This document shows positions 36,913-48,765 of a DNA stretch of 64,000 nucleotides, piece by piece (positions within the stretch are counted from its first letter, which is position 1; each line of letters begins with the position of its first letter). Under the pieces are notes generated by a model that saw only the letters and a list, made by a program, of their open reading frames with translations, was not told the origin of the DNA and searched no databases. The stretch lies in NCBI RefSeq assembly GCF_040938485.1, contig NW_027271013.1:124001-188000 (forward strand), given 5' to 3'. The stretch comes from Diadema antillarum. Taxonomy: Eukaryota. Both the position numbers and the translations under genes were made by a program.

Positions 36913-37785
36913 TACTGTAAAAGTGGATATTTTCACGCGAATAATTTTTCGCGCGTGGCCAGGTTAGAAGAGTTTCGCGTGTTTTTAATTCCGCGGAATC
37001 AAGACATCACGCACAGGAACATATGTGACTGTGCATCACAAAACGAACAAAAAGTTGCACACACTGATTTTGTTTGAGGACTGAAAATAGGTGAAATGGG
37101 TTAACCTAGCCGATCTTGACTTTTTCATATTTTCTGAAAGAGCAAGGCTTCTTCTACATTATGCTAAAATTTGGGATCATAAAATGGACAGGAAAGTGTG
37201 TTTTTAGTAATTTATCTCGAACACTTTTTGATAGAATAAGGTTTGTCTTTTAGAGTCCCTTTTTCATTTCTTAAAAACCTTGTACACACTCTTCACTTTC
37301 AACTCTAATAACTTTTGATGATGGTACTGCTTTGAAAGTTGGCATCAATTATGGACAGAATGTGTTAATAAGGCATGCTCAATTTCAATTTAATCTGATA
37401 ATCCCTTCATTGCTGCTGCTCTGGTGGTTCACATCCTGTTTCTTGTCCCATTCATCGCAGAGCCAGCACGGCTTGGTAAAAATTTAGCACTTGAATAGAC
37501 ACTGTACTTCAGAGCCTCTTTTCTCAGTTCACACTTTTCCCGAGTGTGTACTTTCTTTCCAATATTTAGAATGGTTAGGAGAGTCCATTTGATTTGAGTT
37601 ATACATCATTTTAAAGCTTAGTCTGCTCTGTCAGAATCTGCTCTTAACTAGAATTTCATGTCTGATGACTTGTGTTTGTTTTGTGATGCAGGGTCACATA
37701 TGTCTAGCAAAAATATTTGCATGCTTTTATTTTTGCGGTAGTCTCTGGTTGCGTGAAATGCGCAAAAATTTCCACTTATACAGTA
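36913..37785. mobile_element. TACTGTA-ended MITE (about 196 bp when reconstituted), interrupted by a 681-bp insertion
   Basis: Left end TACTGTAAAAGTGGATATTTTCACGC; rc of right end TACTGTATAAGTGGAAATTTTTGCGC (4 mismatches in 26). Removing one ATAT plus the inner element joins 36913-37020 to 37702-37785. Confidence 0.85.
37021..37701. mobile_element. GTGAC...GTCAC MITE with ATAT duplication, possibly Sola1-like, family D copy 1
   Basis: Ends ATATGTGACTGTGCATCACAAAAC / GTTTTGTGATGCAGGGTCACATAT. Homologous along its length to 48766-49558. The Sola1 assignment is inferred from the apparent 4-bp AWWT target only. Confidence 0.85.
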
Positions 37786-38621
37786 TTGAAACATTGCTGG
37801 TATCGGTTCTTCCATGCTCATCATTATTTCCAGAGCTGTTGCATGCACAGATGATATAAACCAAAGCGTATCCTCCGAGGACATAGATCGGTTTAAGCTC
37901 AGTAGATTTCTGGCATAGCGTGATGATCTGCACCATCGTGTGATATGTCCAAATGAACATAGTATCATGCATGTCTTCACTTTGTGCGTATGCCGCCATT
38001 AGGGTATTGATGACTGTTAAGATGCATGATTTTTCACTTTTACAGAGGAATGTTCAGTAAGAGCACATTGAGCTGATTGAAATATAAGGCACAACTTCTT
38101 TAAGAATAAAACATTCATCTCAAAAGGATACTCCTTCATAATTCACCAAGATGCATTTCACTAATGCATCATACAATGCATTAATCTTTGACGTCTGCCA
38201 TTGGCAATGATAATGAGTAGAGCATTAGCTTTGAATGATTAAAACCATGTTCTAACAGTTGCATGATATCAAGCTCACAAACTTTGTTTTATTTTTCTTT
38301 CTTTTTTTGGATGTAGTTAGAAAAGTAGGGTGATGTCACATGGATAAGATGTCCTTGGCATTGATGTTTTATTAAAAGCAAGCTCAACATGTTTCCCGTA
38401 GGATGCGTACTGGGTAGAAATACAGTGATATTGCAGCTGTTTCACAGAGAGTAGATATTAGGAGAAAAAAGAAAGAAAGAGAAAAAACAACAACAAAAAG
38501 AATTGCAAAGGTTACGTCGGCAAGAACACAGGTTATGCACAAGTGGTATTTAATTACTGGTATTCAGACACGGTTTAAAGGCATTTGTGTTTACTTTGTG
38601 CTGAAATGAGCGTCTTCATGA

Positions 38622-38706
38622 ATAGCCCATGCAGCCTCTACTCGTGAAAAAAGAAAAAAGACACTCATCTTTTTTCTTTTTCATGACTAGAGGCTGCATG
38701 GGCTAT
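38622..38706. repeat. 85-nt near-perfect foldback hairpin
   Basis: Arms of about 40 bp, ATAGCCCATGCAGCCTCTACTCGTGAAAAAAGAAAAAAGA / TCTTTTTTCTTTTTCATGACTAGAGGCTGCATGGGCTAT, with 6-nt loop CACTCA. Outer 19 bp are perfect. Confidence 0.9.
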
Positions 38707-40439
38707 GGTATTTTTCCTGACATTTGGCAAGGTGCATGCGCTTAGGGTAACTTAATGATCTTCTTCTTTTTCCTTTTTAAAGACTAAAACATGTACCTGT
38801 AGGCATGATAATGGTTCCATTTACACTGACGCACAGTTTCCATCATGATAATTTGTATCCCTTTGGTAAACTGCAGGGTGGTATTCCAGTGGATAATTTT
38901 ATGTCAACATGATTACAAAAGCTACCACTTGTCCGTACCAATGGTTGGTGGTATGAGGGTGCATTTATCAACTCACTTCTAGTATAGAGTTAAAGTTTCC
39001 AAAATGACTTTCAGGAATATTTGAGCAGTTGAAAAATGCAACTATTTTGATCATGGGGTTAGAAATACCTTTCTGAAATGCCAAAAAATGTGTGATCTCA
39101 AAGACGTTTGAGCCAGATCTGCATTTATGTAAAGATAACAAAAGTAAAGTCATTTTGAAACTTGTTTATATATCTCGGACCTGCCCATGCCAATTACGTA
39201 ATCTCCGCACTTCAGGTCAAACAGCACAATGGAGCTGTGCAGTGACAAGGCCTTCCTCTTGAGTGCAACAACTCAAGAAATGCGATCCAAAAGGCCCTTG
39301 CAAATGCGTTACGACAGTGGGTAATGAAACAAGTTTCAAACACTTGAAAGATGATGAATGCAGCCTGGGACTACAGCTGTAGCGATGCAACATTTGTCCC
39401 TATATAACAAGAGACTTTGATTGGTCAAGAACATTTGCACTGTTGCCATGGATACCAGAGCTTTGTTTTCACTTGCCTATCTCTCATATAGTGTAGGTGC
39501 ATTCTTTTCCTGCTTAATGGGGATACTGTATTGCAATAATAAGGATATAAGAGGGACAGGTACCACTGGAGATAAAAGGGTCGATAATTTCCATTTAACC
39601 CCGCTCTCCATTTTTAAGATGGATTGATATCATGGGATGCAATGGTAATTTGTTTGTTTGCATGTTTCTTTTTTTTTCTGCTCTACAAAATGGAATTGAT
39701 GGATTATCATTTTGTTCCGGTCATCTTTCTCTGACAAGTATCATCAACTTTTGGTTTCCTCATCCTCCTCCCTTTCTTCTCCTCTTTGATCTTTCCCTCT
39801 CCTCCTCTTTCTCTCTTGTTCTTTCTTTCTATCTACTGCTCTTTTTCTCTCTCTTGCATTCTTCCTTTTTCCCTCTTCTTCATTTTTGTGATCTGTTTTT
39901 CATTTTCACTTTGAGTTGGCTCAGGCAGATCAAAAACCTATACGTATGACGTAAGCAGTCGTGTTTGGCTCTAGAGGAACAGATTTTCTTGACTACGAAG
40001 GAACTGTAGTTTTTATTTTCCATGTGGGTCACTTTTCTAAGTTCATTGCCAATTTATAAGCTAGCTCTTTCTTGTGTGTGCTGAAATCAGCCTGTGAAGC
40101 ATCATTTCAAGTATACAACATGACATCAACAAAATCTAGGTGAGTATCGATATTTTGCTCCTGATATCTTGCAAAATTCTGAGTTTGTAGGAAAAAATTG
40201 AATTAAAGACTAAATTTCATTCTCACAGAGGTATGCCCATGCAAATTTGATGCCGAGTAATTTTCATGAAATGTTCATGTTGATGGACACGACTCGCCAA
40301 GCATTGCAGATCTATCACCCAGGGGTCATTTGGTTGGTGCTATATTTGATTAAATATGTTTCTACGTCTCTCTGCCCCTCATTTGACCAGTCAATACCCT
40401 CAGTGTCCTATCTTGTCCAGGACTACAAAAAGTGTAGGT

Positions 40440-40827
40440 TTAAAGGGATAGTACAGTATTGGTGGAGATGAGAAATGGACCTTAAACTTTTTGCGAGATA
40501 CCAAGAAAACGCTTATGAAATAGTACAGAGCATACCACTTTAAGAGGCATTCAAAGTTTATTTGATGAAAATCGGGTTTGGAATGAATGAAACATCCAAA
40601 AACAAAGTAAAACAAAGCAATCCTAATAAAGTGTGGGTCCCACATTTATTAGAATCGTTCTGTTTTGGATATCTCAGCCATTTCAAAACCAATTTTCATC
40701 AAATAAACATTGAATTCCTCGTGGAAATACATGCTCTTTCATGTTTCAGTAGAGGTTTCTCATTATCTCACCAAAAATGTAAGAAACCTGAAATTAGGAC
40801 TCAACCAAAACTATATGACCCCTTTAA
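40440..40827. mobile_element. TTAA-flanked foldback MITE, Kolobok/T2-like, family A copy 3
   Basis: TTAAAGGGATAGTACAGT...ACTATATGACCCCTTTAA, with the same internal inverted arms as copies 1 and 2. Central palindrome CTAATAAAGTGTGG-GTC-CCACATTTATTAG. Confidence 0.88.
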
Positions 40828-42103
40828 GAGGAATGCTTCAAGAAGCGATCATTCCGTCAGGTAATACACTGGAGGATATAACTGCCGCCGAAAAATTCCC
40901 ATATCTCCAGAAAGGTCATCAAAGGAGGCGGTAACAGGAGATCAAGGGACTTTCCCCATCTAAAGGAAGGGGGGGGGGGGGAGTGTCATTTTTAGTCAAC
41001 TTTTGCTTTGTTTTCATCACAAGTTTTCTGTCACTCAAAAACAGGTGTTGCTGTATTTTGACTAATCTCCCACAAACATTGCATTGTTTGGATGGCTAGA
41101 GTAGTGGGTCGGGTGAAATCAATACTGCATCTGACGCGGATTGCGGACTGTTGACACCAAGCCATGTATTACCCGCTTGGTGAAGGCATATTTAATATCA
41201 TTCTTGGATCTATATCTGTCCAGCCTGCTGAGTTTTAGTTTTGTCAGGTGAAAAGCAGGTGTCCTAAGACTCATGATTAATCAAGTTGCCAATGATATTA
41301 TATGCATTGATTTTGTCATTTGCAGCTAGTCTTCAGACCTAGCTCGCTTGATACAGAATATACATCCCAATATTAAAGCCAGTTCGGAGATAGCTCATGT
41401 GCACATGGGTGCAAATGACCTTTTATTTTTCTCAGTTGGTTAGGCAGTTTTCGCGATTCAAAGCGACATAATGCATCAGCTTATCAATCATAGCAATTTA
41501 TGGAACTCATAATATTCTAAAACAAAGAATTAACCTGTGTAGATCAAGTGACCAGAATGGTTCATCAGTCAACACTTTGGGAAGCATCCATTTCATTGTG
41601 CTGTATTGAATGCATTAACAAACTTTTTCTGTAAACACTGCCAAATATTAGGCATGCTGTCAAGTGGATGTACTGGCAGGCACCATTAATAAGGATTACA
41701 TGAATAATAATTGCATCACAGATGCTTATCTCAGTAAATTTAAAAACCAACCTGTCTCTCAGTACAAATGACCTTTTTCTGCTCATGCGCAAACTGGAAC
41801 CCTGAATTAGCTTATGAGAAATGTGAAGTATGATGTATAATGCGTAGAATCAGTATGATGTCTAACAGGACTTTCAGTGTTGACTTTATGAGCAAAGAAT
41901 AAGTGATACGTAAGGGAGGTGATAAAACCCTTAAGGCAATGGTAAATTATATACGTCAGTGTCACAGGAAACAGTAATATTCTTTGAACGCTTTCTGTCA
42001 AACAATTCATTGGTAACTTCTTCAGGCATGTTGGGTCCTTGAGCAAAAGTTAACCAGCCTACTGGTGTCATAATAAAAAAGAGTGAATGATACGTCCAAC
42101 TAG

Positions 42104-42649
42104 AGGGCTTTTTACACTTGTAAATTTTTGCTTAGCCCCGGACCAACGGTGGGGCTAAGGGGGGGCCTTAGCCCCACCGTTGGTACGGGACTATCCTTAG
42201 CCCACTTTCTGTTTACACTCGTTTTTGCCAAAGTGGGCTAGCCCCACCGATAGTACGGTACTATCTGGCCCTGCAAAATAGCAAGGGTTAGCACCGCAAT
42301 TGCGGTGCCAAGCAAGTGAGTGTAAACAGAACGAAAAAATAATCCTGGGCTAAGCGACGGAGACGAAGTCCGACCCTCACTGACCAATCAGAAACGAGGT
42401 AATCAAGTGCTGCCGGTGCGTGCGTGTACGTGTACAGTACACAGCGTAATTATGAATATTCATGTGGTTTGGAAAGTCCGGGGCTAAGAAATACGAGTGT
42501 AAAAAGGTCAGTTTTCTCCTTAGCCCCGGACAAGAGATAGTACGGGACTAATTGGCGAGTGTAAAAAGCTGAAAAAATTGGTACGGGACTAACGATAGTC
42601 CTGGGTCAGAGAAAGTCCGGGGTTAAGAAACACAAGTGTAAAAAGCCCT
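42104..42649. mobile_element. PIF/Harbinger-like MITE, 546 bp, GC/CpG-rich
   Basis: Perfect 18-bp TIR AGGGCTTTTTACACTTGT/ACAAGTGTAAAAAGCCCT, flanked by TAG and TAA (3-bp TWA-type duplication, one mismatch). Repeated subterminal CTTAGCCCC motifs. Confidence 0.88.
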
Positions 42650-43225
42650 TAAGAGTACTGTTTTGTCCTTGTAAGACATTCATCTGAGTTATGTCCGATG
42701 CCTGAGTCCAATGAGTTCAAATGGAGCATGAAAGGGATGTTGTAAATCACATCTGATGATTGACCAATGAGGTTGATTGATGATGCAAAGGTCACAACGA
42801 GTACTTCTTGCTCTAGCGGTTGTTGTATACCAAACTGGAATGGCATACCGTGGTGTACAATGTATTCTTGCAGTGACTGTCAGAGTTGAGCCTGTTGGAA
42901 TGGTGCAAGTTTGAGACTTGTTCATATAGTTTTCTCACCCCTCTACCTACATCTTGGTCTTTCTCTCTCTCTCTACATCTCATACACCTGAAATTGGTGT
43001 TAAACTTTTGATCTCAATTACAAGATATTTACCTCCGGAATTTTCTACTGTTCACGCTGCAGCCTTCATCAGCGGAATGATTCATCTTTACCTTGATCAT
43101 GTGACGGTCAATAAAGTTTAACACCAGTCAGTTAAATAACCAATACAGATGAGCTTCTACTCTAATGTCTCATACACCTCTTTTTTTTTTCCTTCACTTT
43201 CTTGGTACAGATAGATATATAACTT

Positions 43226-43291
43226 AATAAATGTATGAATAAGGAGATAGATAAATAAATGAATAAATAAATTAATGAATAAATGAATGAA

Positions 43292-43326
<35 letters not shown>

Positions 43327-43338
43327 ATGAATAATTAA
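43226..43338. repeat. (AAAT/GAAT)n array running into an assembly gap
   Basis: Tetranucleotide array directly abutting the N run. Confidence 0.9.
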
Positions 43339-43544
43339 NNNNNNNNNNNNNNNNNNNNNNNNNNNNNNNNNNNNNNNNNNNNNNNNNNNNNNNNNNNNNN
43401 NNNNNNNNNNNNNNNNNNNNNNNNNNNNNNNNNNNNNNNNNNNNNNNNNNNNNNNNNNNNNNNNNNNNNNNNNNNNNNNNNNNNNNNNNNNNNNNNNNNN
43501 NNNNNNNNNNNNNNNNNNNNNNNNNNNNNNNNNNNNNNNNNNNN
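43339..43544. other. Gap or masked stretch, 206 N
   Basis: Run of N. Confidence 0.99.
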
Positions 43545-46500
43545 GATAGAGAAATGCCATTTTTTATTTTTTTTTAAGTAAAGTCACATCAAATACAGAA
43601 GAAATAATCTTTTCAATGATATTGAACTTCTTTCATAACTAACTGTTTTTTAAGATAGTACTGAAATTATGTCATATTGTTTGATTACTTTCTTTGCTTT
43701 TCAGCTGCTTCTGTCTCAAATAATTCAAGTGGATAAAATTGGATGTAATGATTTTTTTTTTTTTTTTTGCATGGGAGCTTTTCATATACGTATGTAACTA
43801 CCAATATATGCATGTTGATTGTATATATTCTCTATCCAGCCATCTTATCAGATGGAAAATGCAACAAACAAACAAGCAAATTTTCATCACCTCTTCCTCC
43901 TCTCTCTTCTTCTGTTTTCTTTTAGTGTATCAGTCTATTTTTTGTAATGTTTTCTCATTCACCCTCTCTTGTCTTTTTTTTTCTTCGTTTTATTCTGTTT
44001 TGATAGTATGCCTGTTGAGTGCCTGCTCCAGTCTTACTCTTATATAATAGCAGATTTGCGGCAGCAGGAATTGTAACATCATTGATAAATCAGAGATTTT
44101 CAGTTCTAGCGAAGACAGAAACACAATTGAGAAAGAGAGAGAGAGAAATTTGTGTTTTCGATCTCGGATACGTCAACCAATTAGTGGTAGTTGGTAGACA
44201 TCCATCTTTTTGCTATGATTCTCATTGAGCACTGGAAGGATAATTTGCCACAAATATCTCATTTTGAAGCAAGGGGAGTACAAAATGAGTATAGTGTCAG
44301 GAAAGCTTCTGAAGTAACTTTTTTGAATATCGCATTTGATTTGAAGGTCATGTACGAGATTATCTGAATGATATTACCTGCTCTTCCCAAATTGCATTCT
44401 CATCATGTGATATTATTTTTTGGGTTGTTGTTGTTGGTTCAAGGTCACTGTGATTGATAACAACAAATTGGAGAGATTATTAATCAAACCATAGATGAGT
44501 GAAAATCTCTACCACGTGGATGAGATCCGCCCAACGAAAGCCACTAACTAGAAGTTGTCAGAACCCATTGAGGTGCATGGGGGAGAATATATCATTGTGC
44601 AAGGCAAAATTAATCTCAGCTTACGTACCACGGATAAACTTTTCTCATAAATCAAAATCTTTTCATCAGCATCTATTCATGCAATGTAAGTAGTTGATTA
44701 CTGGCTCAGAAAGTCTTCCACTTCCACAGTGTTTAGTTTGAGTTTCAGTGAAGTTTAATCAGCCATTCGAATGAAGAATATATTATTTTGTGCATGATGC
44801 AAAGCCCTGCTTGGTTGGGATAAACCTGTCTATCACCACTGTGTATTGACGTAAAAATGCAGCCTCAAAGTCCCCTATGGAGACTTGGGGCATCTAAAAT
44901 GTTCCCAATTATTCACTAGGTCCGTTCCACATTTGCCATCAATAGATGATACTATAGGGATATTAGGCCAGAATCAAATCACCTTTGCTTCGACAGTCTA
45001 AGATTGATCGGCACTAACAGCCGCTCATTATTGGAGTTCTCCGGTCTGTCGGTGGTAAATGTATCCTCTCCCAACCTCTTTAACGGCTCCTTTCTATATA
45101 TCACTCTGGGTCTAATTGCTTGATTTTTCTCAATCTACGTGCAGCCACGTCACCAAAAGGTTGTCCAGATTATGGACATGATTTGAGGTGATGCCCTCAA
45201 TAAAGTTGTTATTTTGGTCTACTTTCCACATGCTAATCACCCTGGACCCTTGGTTTTATCATGATGCAAGGAAAGAATATCTTATCCTCATAAACTGCTT
45301 TCACATTTGCAAATTTTTCATCCTTGAAATGCTATGACTCTATGAGTATGGTCATAGCAATGAGTACTTAAGGAAAGGATGGGTGGTTTACCCTGTTCTG
45401 GTCAGGATTCCTTGGGTCAGAGAACTAAGCTTGGTTGGCATGGCAACTGATGATGATGCTAAGTGCACCTGGAGGAATGCATCTGATGGACCAAAGTCCC
45501 AGCCGACTTGAATCTGCTTCTACCAAGGTTGTAGAGATTGAAGGTGGTAGGTTTGATGAAAGGGGACAGATTTGACTTGATACTGTCACATTTTGGATGA
45601 TGCCGGGAATATAGAAGATGCTGTCTCTCCCCCTGTATGTGTTTCCATGGTTACAGTCTAAAGGACGTTTACTGCATTTAACCCCATGCAGAAACAGGTA
45701 TGAAATTGAAACCAGGCATCATTTCCAGTGTGGGCTTCCTTGTAACGAGCTTTGAAACGTTTTCAAGGTAAGAAGAAAGGAGAGAACGAAAGAGATGAAA
45801 GAGGAGAGACAGACAGACGGATGGACAGAGAGGGATGGATTGTGGAGACAGTGAGCGATGAGGAGAGGAATTGATACTCAGCCGTTGGGAATTGGAGAGT
45901 TCAGTGAACAACTGGTTCGTGTGATTGTTGATAACTCCTAATGTTGGAGGGATCCAGGCAAGCATGGGAGTGAGAAGGGTAACTCTGAAACAGGATGTAC
46001 AAGAAAAAAAAAAACCACACACACACACACACACAGAAAAATACACACATTACGTTTTTTTTTAACGTCATCCTCTCTGTCAAACATCCTTCCAGCTTCA
46101 TGCGAGTTCAGCGGCCTTTATGCACGGAGCCACCAAGAGATCTGGTTCCAATGTTGTAAGGAGGCCCCTCCTATTTCTTCACACTTTGAGTGGCACTTAG
46201 TTAGTCAATAAAGAGCAGGAGTCAAATTCCTATGTGATACATCGAGATGGGAGAGATATGGAAAAGGTCATAATTCTTTGCTGAATTGCAGTGGTAGACA
46301 ATTTCTCTATTGCCCTTCGTCAGAGGGGTTAAGAGGTGTGTAATTTGATTCAGGAGGCTTTGGAATGCTCACATTTGAGGTAGAGTGCTGACTGTGCAAT
46401 AAGACGGGAGAAAAGAGGCGATTAGTTGTTGAAATTCCATGTCTTGAAAAAGGAAAGCTGTCTTTTGAATTCATCCAGAGTCTGCTTGTCTGTGTGGAAT

Positions 46501-47147
46501 CATTCAGTAGAGGGATGGAGAACATCTTGATCAGAAAGGGAGTCATTTGATACGTTATGTTCCCAGACACTCGGCTTAACTTGGCAAGCTTTTTCATTGG
46601 CAGTCAGTAATCTATCCAAACTTGACCTAATTGTAGACTAGCAAGCCCTTTCAGGTGTAGCAATGTGCCTTGTCTCAACCGGAAGGCCACAATGACACAA
46701 TTGAAGTTTATTTGCAGAATTAGGTACTTGTTGTCTGTTGGAAATTGGTTTTCAGACGTCTGTGCAAATCGGAGATGAAAACACTCCCGTATGAGCGCCT
46801 ATTGGTAAATAAAGTGCAGTGAGGGTTAAAACAAGGATACAGTAAACAATGAAATAGGCCAATCAGATAGCAGTTAGAGTTGGAATGGATCATTCACAGC
46901 TCCCAAAACTCACATACAAACCGACCCAATAGTCACCCCTATTTGCAACTTCATAGCTCCAACCCTGTTATTGGGCATAAGCTGTAAACACTCCATAAAC
47001 CTAGGATGATGTCACAAAATTCATAAAAACAAGCAAAACTATTTTCCTTCCAAGGATAAAAATAGTCTTTTTATTCTGAGTTATGTGGTCTTGCACAGAG
47101 GCAGCATTAAAACTACATGTAAGACTCATTAATTTACCAATCAAGTG

Positions 47148-47195
47148 CTGACATTTTAAAGATGAGTTACTGACATTTTAAAAATGAGTTACTGA
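47148..47195. repeat. 22-bp tandem duplication
   Basis: CTGACATTTTAAAGATGAGTTA / CTGACATTTTAAAAATGAGTTA / CTGA. Confidence 0.85.
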
Positions 47196-48765
47196 TTAGT
47201 AATTTGAGGCGTGAGATGTGAAGAAAAGGTGATAGTAATGACAAGTGTAATCATAGAAGTTGAGGGTGGTGAGGATTTCATTCCAATCTTTTAAAAGTAC
47301 TGATGAAAGTAACGAGAGAGGTAATCATAATGATGAAAGAAATGATAGTATGAAAGAATGATAATAAATGAAATCATGATGTAATAACTCACACACGCTA
47401 TTTAGAATAAAGATGCGTCTGTGGTAATTTACTGAAGCTGCAGTCTTACCTTCTCAAAAGAAGGTCATAGGCAAGATTCATTCACCTCATTTGGTGCATC
47501 ATAAAGTCATTAATATTGCATATGCCCTACCGGGTGTATTGATAGAAAAAGATATGGTCACTTGCATTGTAGCATAAACACGCTCTCCGATTTCAGGTGT
47601 ATGAGGTTACGCTCCAGAGCCTGCGAGACTGGTGTAAGTGCGCCTGGTGTGTCGACCACCACGTTGCCAGCACGACAATCTTCCTAGCAATAACACTCCA
47701 AACTAGCATGACGTCAAAAAAAGGGGGCTCGAAAATCGCGTCCATACCCTTTGTTCCGTGCACTCTAGTTCATAGGAGGGCATTATGAACGGTGTTGGAC
47801 TCGGACAATGTCAGTGACCCAGTTAATTGACTGCCTGTTGAAAAATATCTACGCCGTCAATGTCAACACTGAAATTAAGTTATTCTGATCTGCCATTCAA
47901 AGTATGATATAAATATTCTCGCCAGTGATTTCCAATGAATGCTTGTCATAATGAAGGCTACAGACATTCTACGGCCTTCTGTTCCTTGGAGATTGGGTTC
48001 AATTGGAACTCCACGCTGTGACATTGAAATTGTGATGGAATTAAGTTCCACTACAAAAAACATACAATCTTATTTCTGTATTTATGATGCAAAGATATCA
48101 TTCAAACTTTAGTCACATTGTGCTTGGATATTTTTGTGTGAGGCTGAGATAGCATTTCCAGGATAATTCATGCCTATAAGTCACTACTTTAGTATTGCAT
48201 TATATTTTGAATGATTGGATAATGATGCAAGTAGGCTACAAGTAAATTCAACCTATTGCATTGGGGAACTGGATGTGCCATGTAGTAAACTTGTGGGAAA
48301 TTATATCATCTTGCAGATGAGGGGTTGAATTATTGATGATCAGAAGATGAGGGATAGGGCATTAACCTCATGGCCTGGGTTCAGTATTGTACTTGTCCAC
48401 TGATATTCTTTCAGTGTTGTTGTTAGTTTGTTTTTTTCCCTGATGCTACCGAATGATGGTGCAAGTGTTGTATTATATCCAGTGTAAGGGGAGCCCCTTG
48501 AATCTGAGATAAGTCATGTTCAGTAACGTGCTGGCCAAATTCAGAATGGTGATGGGAATATTGTCGGCCAGCAGCCGGCCAGGGAAATGAGACAGGTAAG
48601 TAGATGGATGAAAAATGCATGGGGTTGCGGCTCAATGGGGCATCAATGATGGATGGCAAACTACCAGCCAATAACAATGTTTACTGGTCAGATCTGCTGC
48701 CGAACTTGCATCTGTGAAACGCAGAAGAACAAATTGGAATAGCAGGTTATGCAAAATGTCACTGT

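Noticed and set aside
43162-43560. ORFs spanning N runs (also 55425-55865 and 58738-59178)
   Set aside because: Open only because N codons translate as X.
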